Source: Octopus sinensis
Taxonomy: Eukaryota
Length of the DNA: 64,000 nucleotides
Reading direction: 5' to 3'
Assembly: GCF_006345805.1 (NCBI RefSeq)
Contig: NW_021833234.1
Location: forward strand, 30,141-94,140
Within the stretch, counting starts at the first letter, position 1, and each line of letters opens with the position of its first letter. Positions 52,277 to 64,000 of the stretch are shown in pieces. The position numbers were made by a program, and so were the translations under genes. The notes below the pieces were generated by a model. It was given only the letters and a program-made list of their open reading frames with translations. It did no database searches and had not been told where the DNA came from.

Positions 52277-53963
52277 ATGTCATTTCACCGGAAATCAATT
52301 AGCTCAAATATGGCGGAGAAGCTCAAGAGTGATTTAATAAAATAATCGTTAAGAGATGGGGATTAGTGAATTGTTCAAAGTGCAGGAGGATTCATTCGAT
52401 GCAATATACGATGGATATGATGTAATGATACAATCAAGTTAAACAGTATTTTTGAATATTTTTAGGGACTGGAAGTGGGAAAACTGTAATTTGTGTTTTT
52501 AGTTAGAATTAGTTAGCATTTGGTATTCCAGTAATAGAAAGATTTCTTGCGAGTGAGAGTAAATCGAGTGGGATAATTGTATGTGTTATTGCTTATATTC
52601 CAGTTAATAGCACTCGCACCAACTCGAGAATTAGCTCAGCAAATTAGTAGTGAATTAGAAAAGATATGCGACCTCCGAGTGTTGTGCGTATATGGAGGAG
52701 TGGACATTGGTCCTCAGAGTATTGTTTAGTGTTTAATTGGTAGTGTCTCGGTTAAGATATGGCGTGGACATGGTTGTAGGGACTCCAGGTCGAATGGGGG
52801 ATTTGCTTGCTAGGAGAGCTATCAATTTGGACCGGATTCGTCATGTTGTTCTCGATGAAGTGGATAGAATGTTAGACATGGGCTTTAAGGAAAATGTGGA
52901 ATACATTATTAGAGCTGCTTTCGGTTTTTAAGAAATATTATTTATAGACTCTGTTCCTGAAAAACCTCAACTACTTCTCCTGTCCGCCACTCTTCCTCCT
53001 TGGGTATATCAAGTGGCTGAGTTATACATGTACAACGATTACGTCGTCATCGATACTATCGACACTTCAGTAAAAACTGCAGAAACTGTGAAGGTTGTAA
53101 GAGCTATTTATTGTCAGCATATGGCTTTAAATATGGACGGGAAAGATCTTATCGACACGCTTAACCAAATTGTTGAGGGAATCTCTTCCAATGGAAGGGT
53201 CATAATTTTCGCAGAGACCAAAATACAAGTCCATAAAATTTGGGCCGATCGATCCATTAAATTTCCTTTAGAAATAATTCACGGAGATATTGAACAGTCC
53301 CGAAGGGAACGATCTCTTAAAGTTTATATTTTTTTCTCCAATTAAGGCATTCCGTAACGGTACTGTCTGTGCGTTAGTTTGTACTGATGTGGCGTCTCGG
53401 GGAATAGATATTCCTGACGTTGAGTTGGTTATTCAGTGCAGTCCTCCCAATAATCCCGACAACTATATTCATCGTTGTGGTAGAACTGGCAGGGCAGGTC
53501 GTCGTGGGCTAGCAGTTCTCCTTTACTTCCACTCTGAGGAGTACTTGCTTACTCAAATCGAGCGAAGGGCAGTAAGTTCATTTCCTTGCATCACTAGGGA
53601 ATCGTTTTTGATGATTATTCGCCTCTATCTTTGAAGACATACTTTTAATGATATCATGACTCAAATCAAAGGAGTCCAAACAGAAGAAATAAACAAGTAT
53701 CGGCCAGTTGTAAAGCGAATACAATCTAATTACAATAATGATGACTCATTTGCAGCTCTTCTATCGCTTTTCCTTTCAGATGCTGCCAAAAACAGAAAAA
53801 TAACTGAATCCTCATATAATCAGAATACATTTAAAGATTTTTCACGGCAGAATGAAAGACGTTATTCTTATAAAGAGGAATCCAGGAGATCAAGAAATTT
53901 TTTTCCAACTTGAGCTCAAGGAATTTAAACTGGCAACGAGGATCTGATTTTTCTTTTAGATAG
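52277..53963 (+). CDS. DDX21: DDX21-like helicase, copy 2 (apparent 1-bp homopolymer deletions near the 3' end)
   Basis: Near-identical to 39257-40946, offset ~13.0 kb. Confidence 0.8.
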
Positions 53964-54077
53964 GCTGTTTTAAAAATTTGTTATTATTTCTGCTTTATTA
54001 ATCTGGATTTATTTTTTTGCTATTGATTTTATACTAAAATAAGGAGTCTGTTATGCAACGTGCTACTATCTCGATGT

Positions 54078-57000
54078 GTCATGTGGTTCACCTTCTCGTG
54101 GAGACGATTGGATGCTGATTTCACATCAGCAACAAACAGAACCAATTTTTCCCCCTTGCCAACCAACCTGTCAACGGTTTGGTTGGTAGTGGCTACGGGA
54201 CGAGCGCCAAGCTTACGTTCCCTGACTCTATTGTTGATTCGGTGTGGAGATGTGGAACAAAACCCTGGACCTGAGCCTATTAGAACACTAACCATCCTTC
54301 AATTGAACATCAACGGGATTTCCAAGAAATGCAATGACCTACGCTACTTTCTACACACGAACTCTATTGATATAGCTCTTATTCAAGAGACCAAACTTAC
54401 TCCAAAATCCCAAACCCCCGTTTTAAGGGATATTCCACCATTCGTCGTGACCGCCAGTCTGGAAAGCCTGGCGGTGGTCTCATTACTCTCATTCACGAGG
54501 CCATTCCCTTTGCAGACTCAACTGCCAACATTGAATCTCTCTTAACTAATGATCGTTTTACCGAAATTTCATCTATTCAAATTAACATTAACAAGATATG
54601 TTACTCTGTTGTTAACACATATATCCCCCCGATTTCGTCATGTGCTCCCAATTATACACCGAACTTACTGCCTCTTTTTTCAATTGAAAACTGTATTCTA
54701 TGTGGCGACTTCAACGCCCACCATCCTCTCTGGTTATCCACAAACAAAACTGACAAACGTGGCCAGCAAATCACAACGGATGCGGAAGAATTGATCACTC
54801 TACAACCCTCTTCTACACACCCGCTGTGCAATGCGACCTGGAGATTCAAACACTTCTCCTGACATTACCTTATGTTCCCCAAACATCGCCCTCGACGCCA
54901 AATGGACAGTTCTGTACGACCTACCAACGGACCACAATCCTATTCTAATCAAAATAACCATCACCCTGTAAAGAAGAGAATTACGAAGACCTACATTAAC
55001 TACAAACGTGGGAAATGGGACTCGTTCAGGAGTGAAACTGAACGTATATTCAGTAATTTTTCTTGCTCCTCCATTCAATCATTTGACGCTGCCGTTGCTT
55101 TCTTTACTAGTACACTTCTTTCTGCGGACAAAAAATTTATTCCCCGCGGCTTCATCCGAAATCACGGCCTCCACTTCCCCCCACCTATCATTGAACTATT
55201 CAAAAAACGAAGGAGGATCAAATCGACGACTTCTATCAATGGAAATGGAGAATCTCTAGCAGAAATCAACAAACAAATTGACGAATTAATCAAGAAACAT
55301 AAAACTGACGAATGGAATGATTTTATCACTTCAATAACCCCAAATACTGGATCCCGTGCTTTCTGGAGAACCCTCAAGAAAATTCACACGAGGCAAACAT
55401 GTCCCCTCTCACATGCCACCGGTATCTCGACCAAAAAATCTGTCCTATCTTTCCAGGATCAAGCCAACATCTTAATTCGCCATTATGCAAAAATCAGTCA
55501 CCTTCCTACCCCAAAGGATCTCCGTTTCGTAAGAAAATCACATTATAAGTCAAATGACAATTCTACTGACTATATTAACATCCCAGAATCATTTACCAGG
55601 CAACTTGTTGTTAACTCGCGGAATTCTAACGCCAGAGGTCCTGATGGCCTTGCCATCCACCACCTAAAAAATCTGGGTCCTAATGGCTTTCTGGCTCTGA
55701 CCAATTTAATCGAATACTCGATCAACCATGGTCTGGTTCCTATGCTTGGAAGAAATCTACCATCATCCCTATCCCAAAGCCAAATCGTGATACCTCTGAC
55801 CCCTCCTCTTTTCGACCTATCTCTTTGATCTCAGTGGTTTCAAAAATAACAGAGCGAGTTGTATTGAGCATCATAAAACCTTTCCTCCCATTTGCTGAAT
55901 CTCAACATGGCTTTCGTTCTTTGCATTCCACTTCCACCCATCTTTCAAAACTGACACAATTCATTGCGGATGGGTTTAACAATCATAAGCCACCTCAAAG
56001 AACAATTATTGCATCCATCGACATTGAAAAGGCATTTGACAGAACGTCAAGACACGTTCTGTGTAGGAAAATAACCGATACGGAATTCCCCCACCAAATA
56101 AAGTCATGGCTACTCTCTTTTCTCTCTGGGCGTCTTGGTCGCACCACAATCATGTCTTCTTACTCACGCTACAAATACTTGCCTAACGGAGTCCCCAAGG
56201 CTCGGTCCTTTCACCTGCCTTATTTAACTTACATCTGTCAAATATCCCGACGAACAATAATACTCTACTTCTCTCCTACGCTGATGACTTAATTTTTGCC
56301 TCCCGCCACCAAAACATAATCACCGCTTCTGGATTTCTGCAGGAACACATGAACACTCTTTCGTCCTGGCTGAAATGCAATCTTCTTCAACCTTCTCCTT
56401 CCAAATCATCTGTTACGCTATTCACAACTGACCGCCGTCAGTTCAACTTAGAGCCTAAACTATTCCTAGACAACACTCCACTCCCAGTTGAAAAATCCCC
56501 CAAAATCTTGGGTCTGATATTTGATTGCTGTTTGTCCTTCTCGAAACATGTTCATATATCTGTGGAAAATCCCAGAAAAAACTCAATGTGCTCCGAGCTA
56601 TTGCGGGGACTTCATTTGGGCAGGATAAGGAAAGTCTAACAACTGTATACAAGCAGTTTATTAGAACAACTATGAACTACGCCATCCCTGCTTGGGGTTC
56701 CTGCTTATCTAATACAAACCTTGAAAAACTTCAGAGAACTCAAAACTCAGCATTACGAATTATTACCGGCTGTCTAAAAACGACACCTACCGACCACCTA
56801 CATTGGGAATCGAAAATCCTTCCAATCAGTGACCATTTTGAAATGCTCGGGCTGCAATTTCTTGACAAATGCCGAACCCTAAATCACCCTGGCTACTTCC
56901 TCTGGCACTCCACTAACAACAGGAGAATAGTTCCGACCCTCGCGGACAAAGTCCGCAAGCTTATACGATCCCCTCCGGACATTAACCAGAAGGGGATTCA

Positions 57001-57371
57001 CGACCTGGTGGCTACGAGGGCAATCAGATGTCTTGGAATAAACAAGCTTCTGGGACGCCTTCCGCCGCCAATTAATAAGATCGAATCCTCCCTCTCAAGA
57101 GAAGCCCGAGTGAACTTGGCTCGTCTCCGCTGTGGCCACCATACTGGCCTACACGATTATCGCATAAAAATCGGTCTTGGTGAAATAACCCCTTCCTATT
57201 CCCTCAACGACCTTTTCTCCTGTCCAGGCCCGCCTTCTACTTCCTCGGAACACCGGATCACGATCGGGGATCTTTGGGAGCGTCCGACATTGGCCCTAAC
57301 GTTCTTGTTAGCCACCGGCTTCCTTCAATTGAAGGGGCCGGGGGTAAATAAATAAATAAATAAATAAATAA
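54078..57371 (+). mobile_element. Second near-full-length copy of the Vingi-like element, inserted in the 5' end of the R4-like element
   Basis: Near-identical to 19762-23048 (many 1-bp homopolymer deletions); TSD ATCTCGATGTGT at 54068-54079 and 57372-57383; 2A at 54249-54272; ribozyme fold lacks its first 4 nt. Confidence 0.95.
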
Positions 57372-60223
57372 ATCTCGATGTGTGCTCTACCTGGACAACA
57401 AGAAACTAACAATATTATTAATAATAATATACCTAGAGCAGGATGGACAACCGCATCGGAGAGACAGACGTCCGATGGCAAGAACATCGTCTTTGCCATT
57501 GCAGAAGGGATCGAGTGCACGACCCGGGAGGACTGGGTTAAATCCGCCCTTTCCCAAGTGTTGGGAAGAGCTTCCAGGATGCCCAGAAATGGGTGGCCTA
57601 CCCTGCTTCAGTGTTTCAATCGACGCTTTAGCTCGAACCTATCGTTAGATGCACTGAAGAAGCTGGCCAAGACCCCTCCTCCTGGCTCGCGGGGGAGGAC
57701 TGCCGCTGCGGTTACGCCGTCAGAATGCCCCCCCGTGTTCTGATCAACACGAGCACCAGAGTAGTGAGTTATCGCTACTCTTGCAGGTTAAGGAAATATT
57801 TAGTAGGCATATCTCTGCGAATCGTGTTGTCCCCCTGCGGACCGCAGAGTGACCCGAAAGATACCTCGGTGGCAACTCAGAAGTGACGTGATGGGTTGCA
57901 TCAATCATGCCATAGCTTACGCGATCGTGTGTGAGCCTCCGGAGACAATGGACGAGATTTCTCTCTATTTGTACTCGGCACAGACAACCTATGATGAAAT
58001 CACTCAGAGGCCTGCCCCAAATAGTAGATGGAGAGAAAACATTGCCGCAAAAGTAGCCGCAAGGAAAGCCGAGCTGGAAGCGCTGACTGGGCACATTTTG
58101 AATGTGAGCAATGGGGTCAAGGGCAAGACTCCCCCCTTGGTGCGTACTTTACTTCGTCGGGAACGAGCTGCCAAATGGGACCTCAACGAGTTGAGGCGTG
58201 TCCGGGCAGAGAGGGAGGAGCTGATTCTCGTTTATCAGAAGAAGCTCTCAACTCATGAGTCTCGGTGTTAGCGCAGGCGGGAGAACAACCTGTTTGAATT
58301 TAATCGCAGGTCGTTCTATCGTCGGTTGCACGGAGAGACGAAGGAGGGTACCCAGCAAAAGGCCGAAATGCTTGACACATGGGGGAGTATGTGGAAAGCA
58401 CGTCCTCGCAAGGGTGTGTCGTTTCCGTTTTGTGGACCCGATGCTCCCTTGATGACCGAGTCTTGTGGTGTCTCTGACATCCGCAAGAAGTTCGATGAAG
58501 CAGTAACCCGTCTCTCTGACTGGAAGACACCTGGGGTCGATAAGGTGTATAATTTCTTTATTAAAAATTGCAAACCTATCCATGATTGCATGTGTCGAGC
58601 AATCGAACAGTTTACACTAGACCCTGGCTCGATTCCAGAGTGGTTATGTACTGGGGTCACTTATTTGATCCCTAAAGTAGATAACCCTTCCGCTCCGACA
58701 GAATATCGTCCGATAACCTGTATGCCCAACCTGTACAAGTTGATGACTAAGGTGGTGGCTACTGAGGTCAGAAATTTCGTGGAGGTGAATGGGATTCTGT
58801 CCGAGAACCAGTTAGGTACTCGGCGGGATTGCCAGGGAGCTAAGGAGCAGGCACTGATCAACAAATGCCTCGCGAGAGCCCACGGAAACTCACTAGTGTC
58901 AATGTGGGTGGATGTGAAGAAGGCATATGACTCGGTTGATCATGCCTACCTCGTTGAGTGTCTGCGAAGGCTTAAGTTGCCAATGTGGTTTATCAAATTT
59001 GTTGCAACTGTGATGGACAGGTGGAACGTGCATCTACATTACAACAAATGCGATATAGGCGAGGTGAAACTAGAGAGGGGCATATTACAGGGCGACAGCA
59101 TGTCTCCGCTGCTGTTCGTCCTCTGCCTAGAACCGCTGAGTAGAGTCCTCACTGCCCAATTCGAACAAATGTCGATCGAACATGAAGGAGGGTGTTTTAG
59201 CACCAACCATCTCATGTTCATAGACGACATTAAGCTGTTCGCTCGGTCTTCAGAGATCCTCCACTCAATGGGTAAAGTCCTGAAAGGTTTCATGAAGGCC
59301 GTGGGGTTGGAGCTCAACTACAACAAGTCGGCGACTAACACCCCTGTGTGCGGTGACCTAGTCAAAGTCTTGGAGGAACACCAAGGATATAAGTATCTTG
59401 GTGTGGTTGAGAGTCCAGCCTCATTAATCATGAGAGTCCCGATCAGAAGGGTTGTTCTCATATTTGCAGGATAGAAACTTTTTTAATGGTCAACGGAAAC
59501 AGTGTAACCACTGTAAGAGTAAGGCAATGACCGTTGACCATTTAGCCACGAAGTGCGGAAGTATGCTTTACCATGATTACACATGGAGGCATAACGAGGT
59601 GGTGAGGTCCCTCCATCTTTTGCTCTGCAATAAGTATGGCTTGAGGCGGTCCAGAAAGTTGCGAACCCATCGAGTTCAATCGGTGTGTGAGAACTCGCGG
59701 GTGTGCATTAAGGTGGATACCCCCATACGCACCTCGATTGTTGTCCAGCACAACAGACCCGACATTGTGGTCCACGATAAGGTCACCGGGGAGATTGTTA
59801 TCGTGGAGGTGGGCATCACGTGCCTAGACCGTTTGCAGATAGTGGAAGTGGAGAAAAGGAGGAAGTATGACCTCCTTGCAAACAAGTTAGGACTGATGCA
59901 CCAGTGCAGTCATCCCGTGTGTGATGACATGGGATGGACTGGTCACCAAATACCACAAGCGGTACTTAAGACAGTTGGATGTAGATAAGTCTCTACAGGC
60001 TTATATACAGTCAACTGTTCTTAAGAGGACTCTGGAGAGTGTCTCGTTTGATGCTCGCCGATCCAGCCCTTTCCTGACGTTTAGTCAGCAAGGAGCGCTG
60101 GACTCCACCTTCTCGAAGGTCTACAGTGCCAGAGAAGAGGAGGAAGAAGGGGAGGAGGTGCGTGGAGTGCCGCCTTCTGCTCACTTCGAAGGCTCTGGAC
60201 TTAGTAAAATTACTTAGTTAATT
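57372..60223 (+). mobile_element. R4/Dong-like RLE retrotransposon, copy 3 (most complete; internal deletion near 59433)
   Basis: VDVKKAYDS, GILQGDSMSPLLF, FIDDIK, YKYLG; CNHC...DH...C...RH zinc finger; RPDIVV...IVEV...EK..KY RLE. Confidence 0.92.
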
Positions 60224-60990
60224 AGTTTCTTTCTTAATAAAGGTAAATCTAAAATAAGCATTTTCTGTTTAATTTTAGCTGTGTGACTACTACCACAGTT
60301 TTGGATTCTCAGGCGGATGTCTCTTTGTTGTTCTGACATCTCTCTCAGTTTTGAGAGATTGTATGTGTAATTGTTTGAGCGGTTACTCCTGTATCCGACA
60401 GTATCCGCGGAGTGTTTAATTTTCTTGAATACTTCTTTTAGGAGTTTGAAAAGTGTTAAAAGGAGAACGTCTGGTCTCTTTTCTGTATTTAGTTGTGTTA
60501 TAAGTTGTTCGATATTATCTTGATATTTCCTCCGTTTCGTGGTATTGTTAATCAATTCCTCCGTAGCGAGCCTTCTTTGATTTGTATTGGCTGTATAGTT
60601 CATGGCTATGTTGCCAAATATTTTTTGCATACGTATCCGAGCTACCGTGGTCGCTATTTGTAGCGGCGCCTCCGTAAGAGCGTGAGTCTATGAGAGAGTG
60701 TATTCTGACATAGTATATAATCTATTTGATTATATATTGTGATCTCCTTCCCGCTTCGGTCTTTCATATAGCCAGTCCACGTTGGATGTAGATAAGTCTC
60801 TACAGGCTTATATACAGTCAACTGTTCTTAATGCCTGGCAGGATGATGAAAGGTCGTATTGCAGAGATAGAGATCAAATGCCAGGTAAAACCCAACCAGG
60901 GACTCTCCGGAAGAATTTCGGTAGCCTCTTCCATGGGTACCAATGCATATTTCATCATTTTTCTTAATGCCTGCTTTGGCATTCCAGGTG
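60216..60990 (-). pseudogene. RTE-like APE endonuclease plus linker fragment
   Basis: NAKAG...IGTHGRGYRN..G..L....L...NTTFHH, TWTG...NQIDYI, DSRSYGGAATNSDH. Confidence 0.75.
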
Positions 60991-61154
60991 GTGACGGTGA
61001 CGTGCCTCTTTTGATATATTGGTTGAGGTGGTGACGTGCCTCTCTTTGATATGTCTCAAACATGTGTGACTCATAAAGGACAATTGAAATCGGCCCCTTT
61101 GATTTCAAAAAACAAAAATTTAAAAAAGTTTGGCAATCCGCCAGGGTGCTGGCC

Positions 61155-64000
61155 TTAGGGACCTCCCAAAATTGCATAATATATTACGGAATTTATTACA
61201 TACCCCCATATACTCACATCTAGGGAGCTCCCAAAATTGCATAATAAATTCCGTCATATATTATGCAATTTTGGGAGGTCCCTAAATGTGAGCATATGCC
61301 AGTAATTAATTTGTCAATTTAATTAATAAGATCGATTAATCTATACGCAATTTATTGCATAATCTCAAGTACCCACATATGCACACATCTAGGGACCTCA
61401 CAAAATTGCATAATATATTACATAATTTATTGCATTATCTCAAGTACCCGCATATGTACACATCTAGGGACCTGCCAAAATTGCATAATATATTACGCAA
61501 TTTATTGCATAATCTCAAGTACCTGCATATGCTCACATCTAGGGAGCTCCCAAAATTGCATAAAATATTACGTAATTTATTGCATATTCTCAAGTACCCA
61601 CATATGCTCACATCTAGGACCTCCCAAAATTGCATAATATATTACGTAATTTATCTAGGGACCTCCCAAAATTGCATAATATATTACGGAATTTATTAAA
61701 TACCCAAATATGCTCACATCTAGGGAGCTCCCAAAATTGCATAATATATTAGGAAATTTATTGAATAATCTCAAGTACCCCCATATGCTCACATTTAAGG
61801 ACATCCCAAAATTGCATAATATATTAGGAAATTTATTACATAGTCTCAAGTACCCCCATATGCTCACATTTAAGGACATCCCAAAATTGCATAATATATT
61901 AGGGAATTTATTACATAATCTCAAGTACAACATATGCTCACATCTAGGGACCTCACAAAATTGCATAATATATTAAGCAATATATTGCATAATCTCAAGT
62001 ACCTGCATATGTACACATCTAGGGACCTCACAAAATTGCATAATATATTAAGTAATTTATTGCATAATCTCAAGTACCCACATATGCTCACATCTAGGGA
62101 CCTCCCAAAATTGCATAATATATTACGTAATTTATTGCATAATCTCAAGTACCCGCATATGTACACATCTAGGGACCTCCCAAAATTGCATAATACATTA
62201 CGTAATTTATTGCATAATCTCAAGTACCCGCATATGTACACATCTAGGGAGCACCCAAAATTGCATAATATATTACGTAGTTTATCGCATAATCTCAAGT
62301 ACCCGCATATGTACACATCTAGGGAGCTCCCAAAATTGCATAATATATTACGGAATTTATTAAATACCCGAATATGCTCACATCTAGGGAGCTCCCAAAA
62401 TTGCATAATATATTACGTAATTTATTGCATAATCTCAAGTACCCGCATATGTACACATCTAGGGACCTCCCAAAATTGCATAATATATTACGCAATTTAT
62501 TACATAATCTCAAGTACCCCCATATGCTCACATTTAGGGACCTCATAAAATTGCATAATATATTACGTAATTTATTGCATAATCTCAAGTACCCGAATAT
62601 GTACACATCTAGGGACCTCCCAAAATTGCATAATATATTACGCAATTTATTACATAATCTCAAGTACCCCCATATGCTCACATTAGGGACCTCATAAAAT
62701 TGCATAAATATTACGTAATTTATTGCATAATCTCAAGTACCCGAATATGTACACATCTAGGGACCTCCCAAAATTGCATAATATATTACGCAATTTATTA
62801 CATAATCTCAAGTACCCCCATATGCTCACATTTAGGGACCTCCCAAAATTGCATAATATATTAAGTAATTTATTGCATAATCTCAAGTACCTGCATATCC
62901 TCACATCTAGGGAGCTCCCAAAATTGCATAATATATTACGTAATTTATTGCATAATCTCCTCAAGTACCCACATATGCTCACATCTAGGGACCTCACAAA
63001 ATTGCATAACATATTACGTAATTTATTGCATAATCTCAAGTACCCGCATATGTACACATCTAGGGACCTCACAAAATTGCATAATATATTAGGGAATTTA
63101 TTACATAATCTCAAGTACCCGCATATGTACACATCTAGGGACCTCCCAAAATTGCATAATATATTACGTAATTTATTGCATAATCTCAAGTACCTGCATA
63201 TGCTCACATCTAGGGAGCTCCCAAAATTGCATAATATATTACGTAATTTATTGCATAATCTCCTCAAGTACCCACATATGCTCAAATCTAGGGACCTCAC
63301 AAAATTGCATAACATATTACGTAATTTATTGCATAATCTCAAGGTACCCGCATATGTACACATCTAGGGACCTCACAAAATTGCATAATATATTACGTAA
63401 TTTATTGCATAATCTCAAGTACTCGCATATGTACACATCTAGGGACCTTTCAAAATTGCATAATATATTACGTAATTTATTGCATAATCTCAAGTACCCG
63501 CATATGTACACATCTAGGGACCTCCAAAAATTGCATAACATATTACGTAATTTATTGCATAATCTCAAGTACCCGCATATGTACACATCTAGGGACCTCC
63601 CAAAATTGCATAACATATTACGTAATTTATTGCATAATCTCAAGTACCCCCATTTTCTCATATTTAGGGACCTCCCAAAATTGCATAATATATTACGCAA
63701 TATATTGCATAATCTCAAGTACCTGCATATGCTCACATCTAGGGAGCTCCCAAAATTGCATAATATATTACGTAATTTATTGCATAATCTCAAGTACCCA
63801 CATATGCTCACATCTAGGGAGCTCCCAAAATTGCATAAAATATTACGTAATTTATTGCATAATCTCAAGTACCTGCATATCCTCACATCTAGGGAGCTCC
63901 CAAAATTGCATAATATATTACGTAATTTATTGCATAATCTCCTCAAGTACCCACATATGCTCACATCTAGGGACCTCACAAAATTGCATAATATATTAAG
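61155..64000 (+). repeat. 75-bp tandem satellite array 3 (runs off the window end; one inverted unit at 61242-61298)
   Basis: Same unit; contains the variant order of arrays 1 and 2 and continues past their end point. Confidence 0.98.

Larger units (their letters stand above)
28375..54079 (+). repeat. ~13-kb tandem segmental duplication (28375-41066 vs 41076-54079)
   Basis: Collinear R4 piece, satellite, F, AsnRS, RT fragments, DDX21; offset 12.7-13.0 kb; scattered SNPs and small indels. Confidence 0.93.

Noticed and set aside
46126-57371. Pseudogenisation of AsnRS, DDX21 and Vingi copy 2
   Set aside because: The frameshifts are almost all 1-bp losses in homopolymers, more consistent with long-read consensus error.

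Overview
AT-rich eukaryotic genomic DNA; the supplied prokaryote-style ORF track fragments most real genes. Host genes carry ultrashort 22-28 nt GT-AG introns: DIM1/TXNL4A, a C20orf85/CIMIP1-like ciliary protein, nicastrin, cytosolic asparaginyl-tRNA synthetase (x2), a DDX21/50-like DEVD helicase (x2), a possible enolase-4-like fragment and a MARVEL-like membrane protein. Such introns plus ciliary genes suggest a ciliated compact-intron animal such as a dicyemid (inference). The first 28 kb is a nest of transposons: Tc1, pogo/Tigger, a Ginger element whose transposase has four host-sized introns, CRE-clade RLE retroelements, and Ingi/Vingi-like APE-RT retroelements. The intact Vingi-like element (19762-23048, minus; second copy 54078-57371) starts exactly with a 71-nt HDV-like ribozyme fold that is itself translated, followed by a 2A StopGo motif (GDVEQNPGP) ahead of APE-RT. 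From 28 kb on, the window is a ~13-kb tandem duplication (R4-like retroelement piece, 75-bp satellite array, AsnRS, DDX21). It can be reconstructed as a multi-step template switch followed by unequal exchange or an assembly haplotype join, and the window ends in the long source array of the 75-bp satellite, whose unit contains three phased bZIP-like 10-mers.
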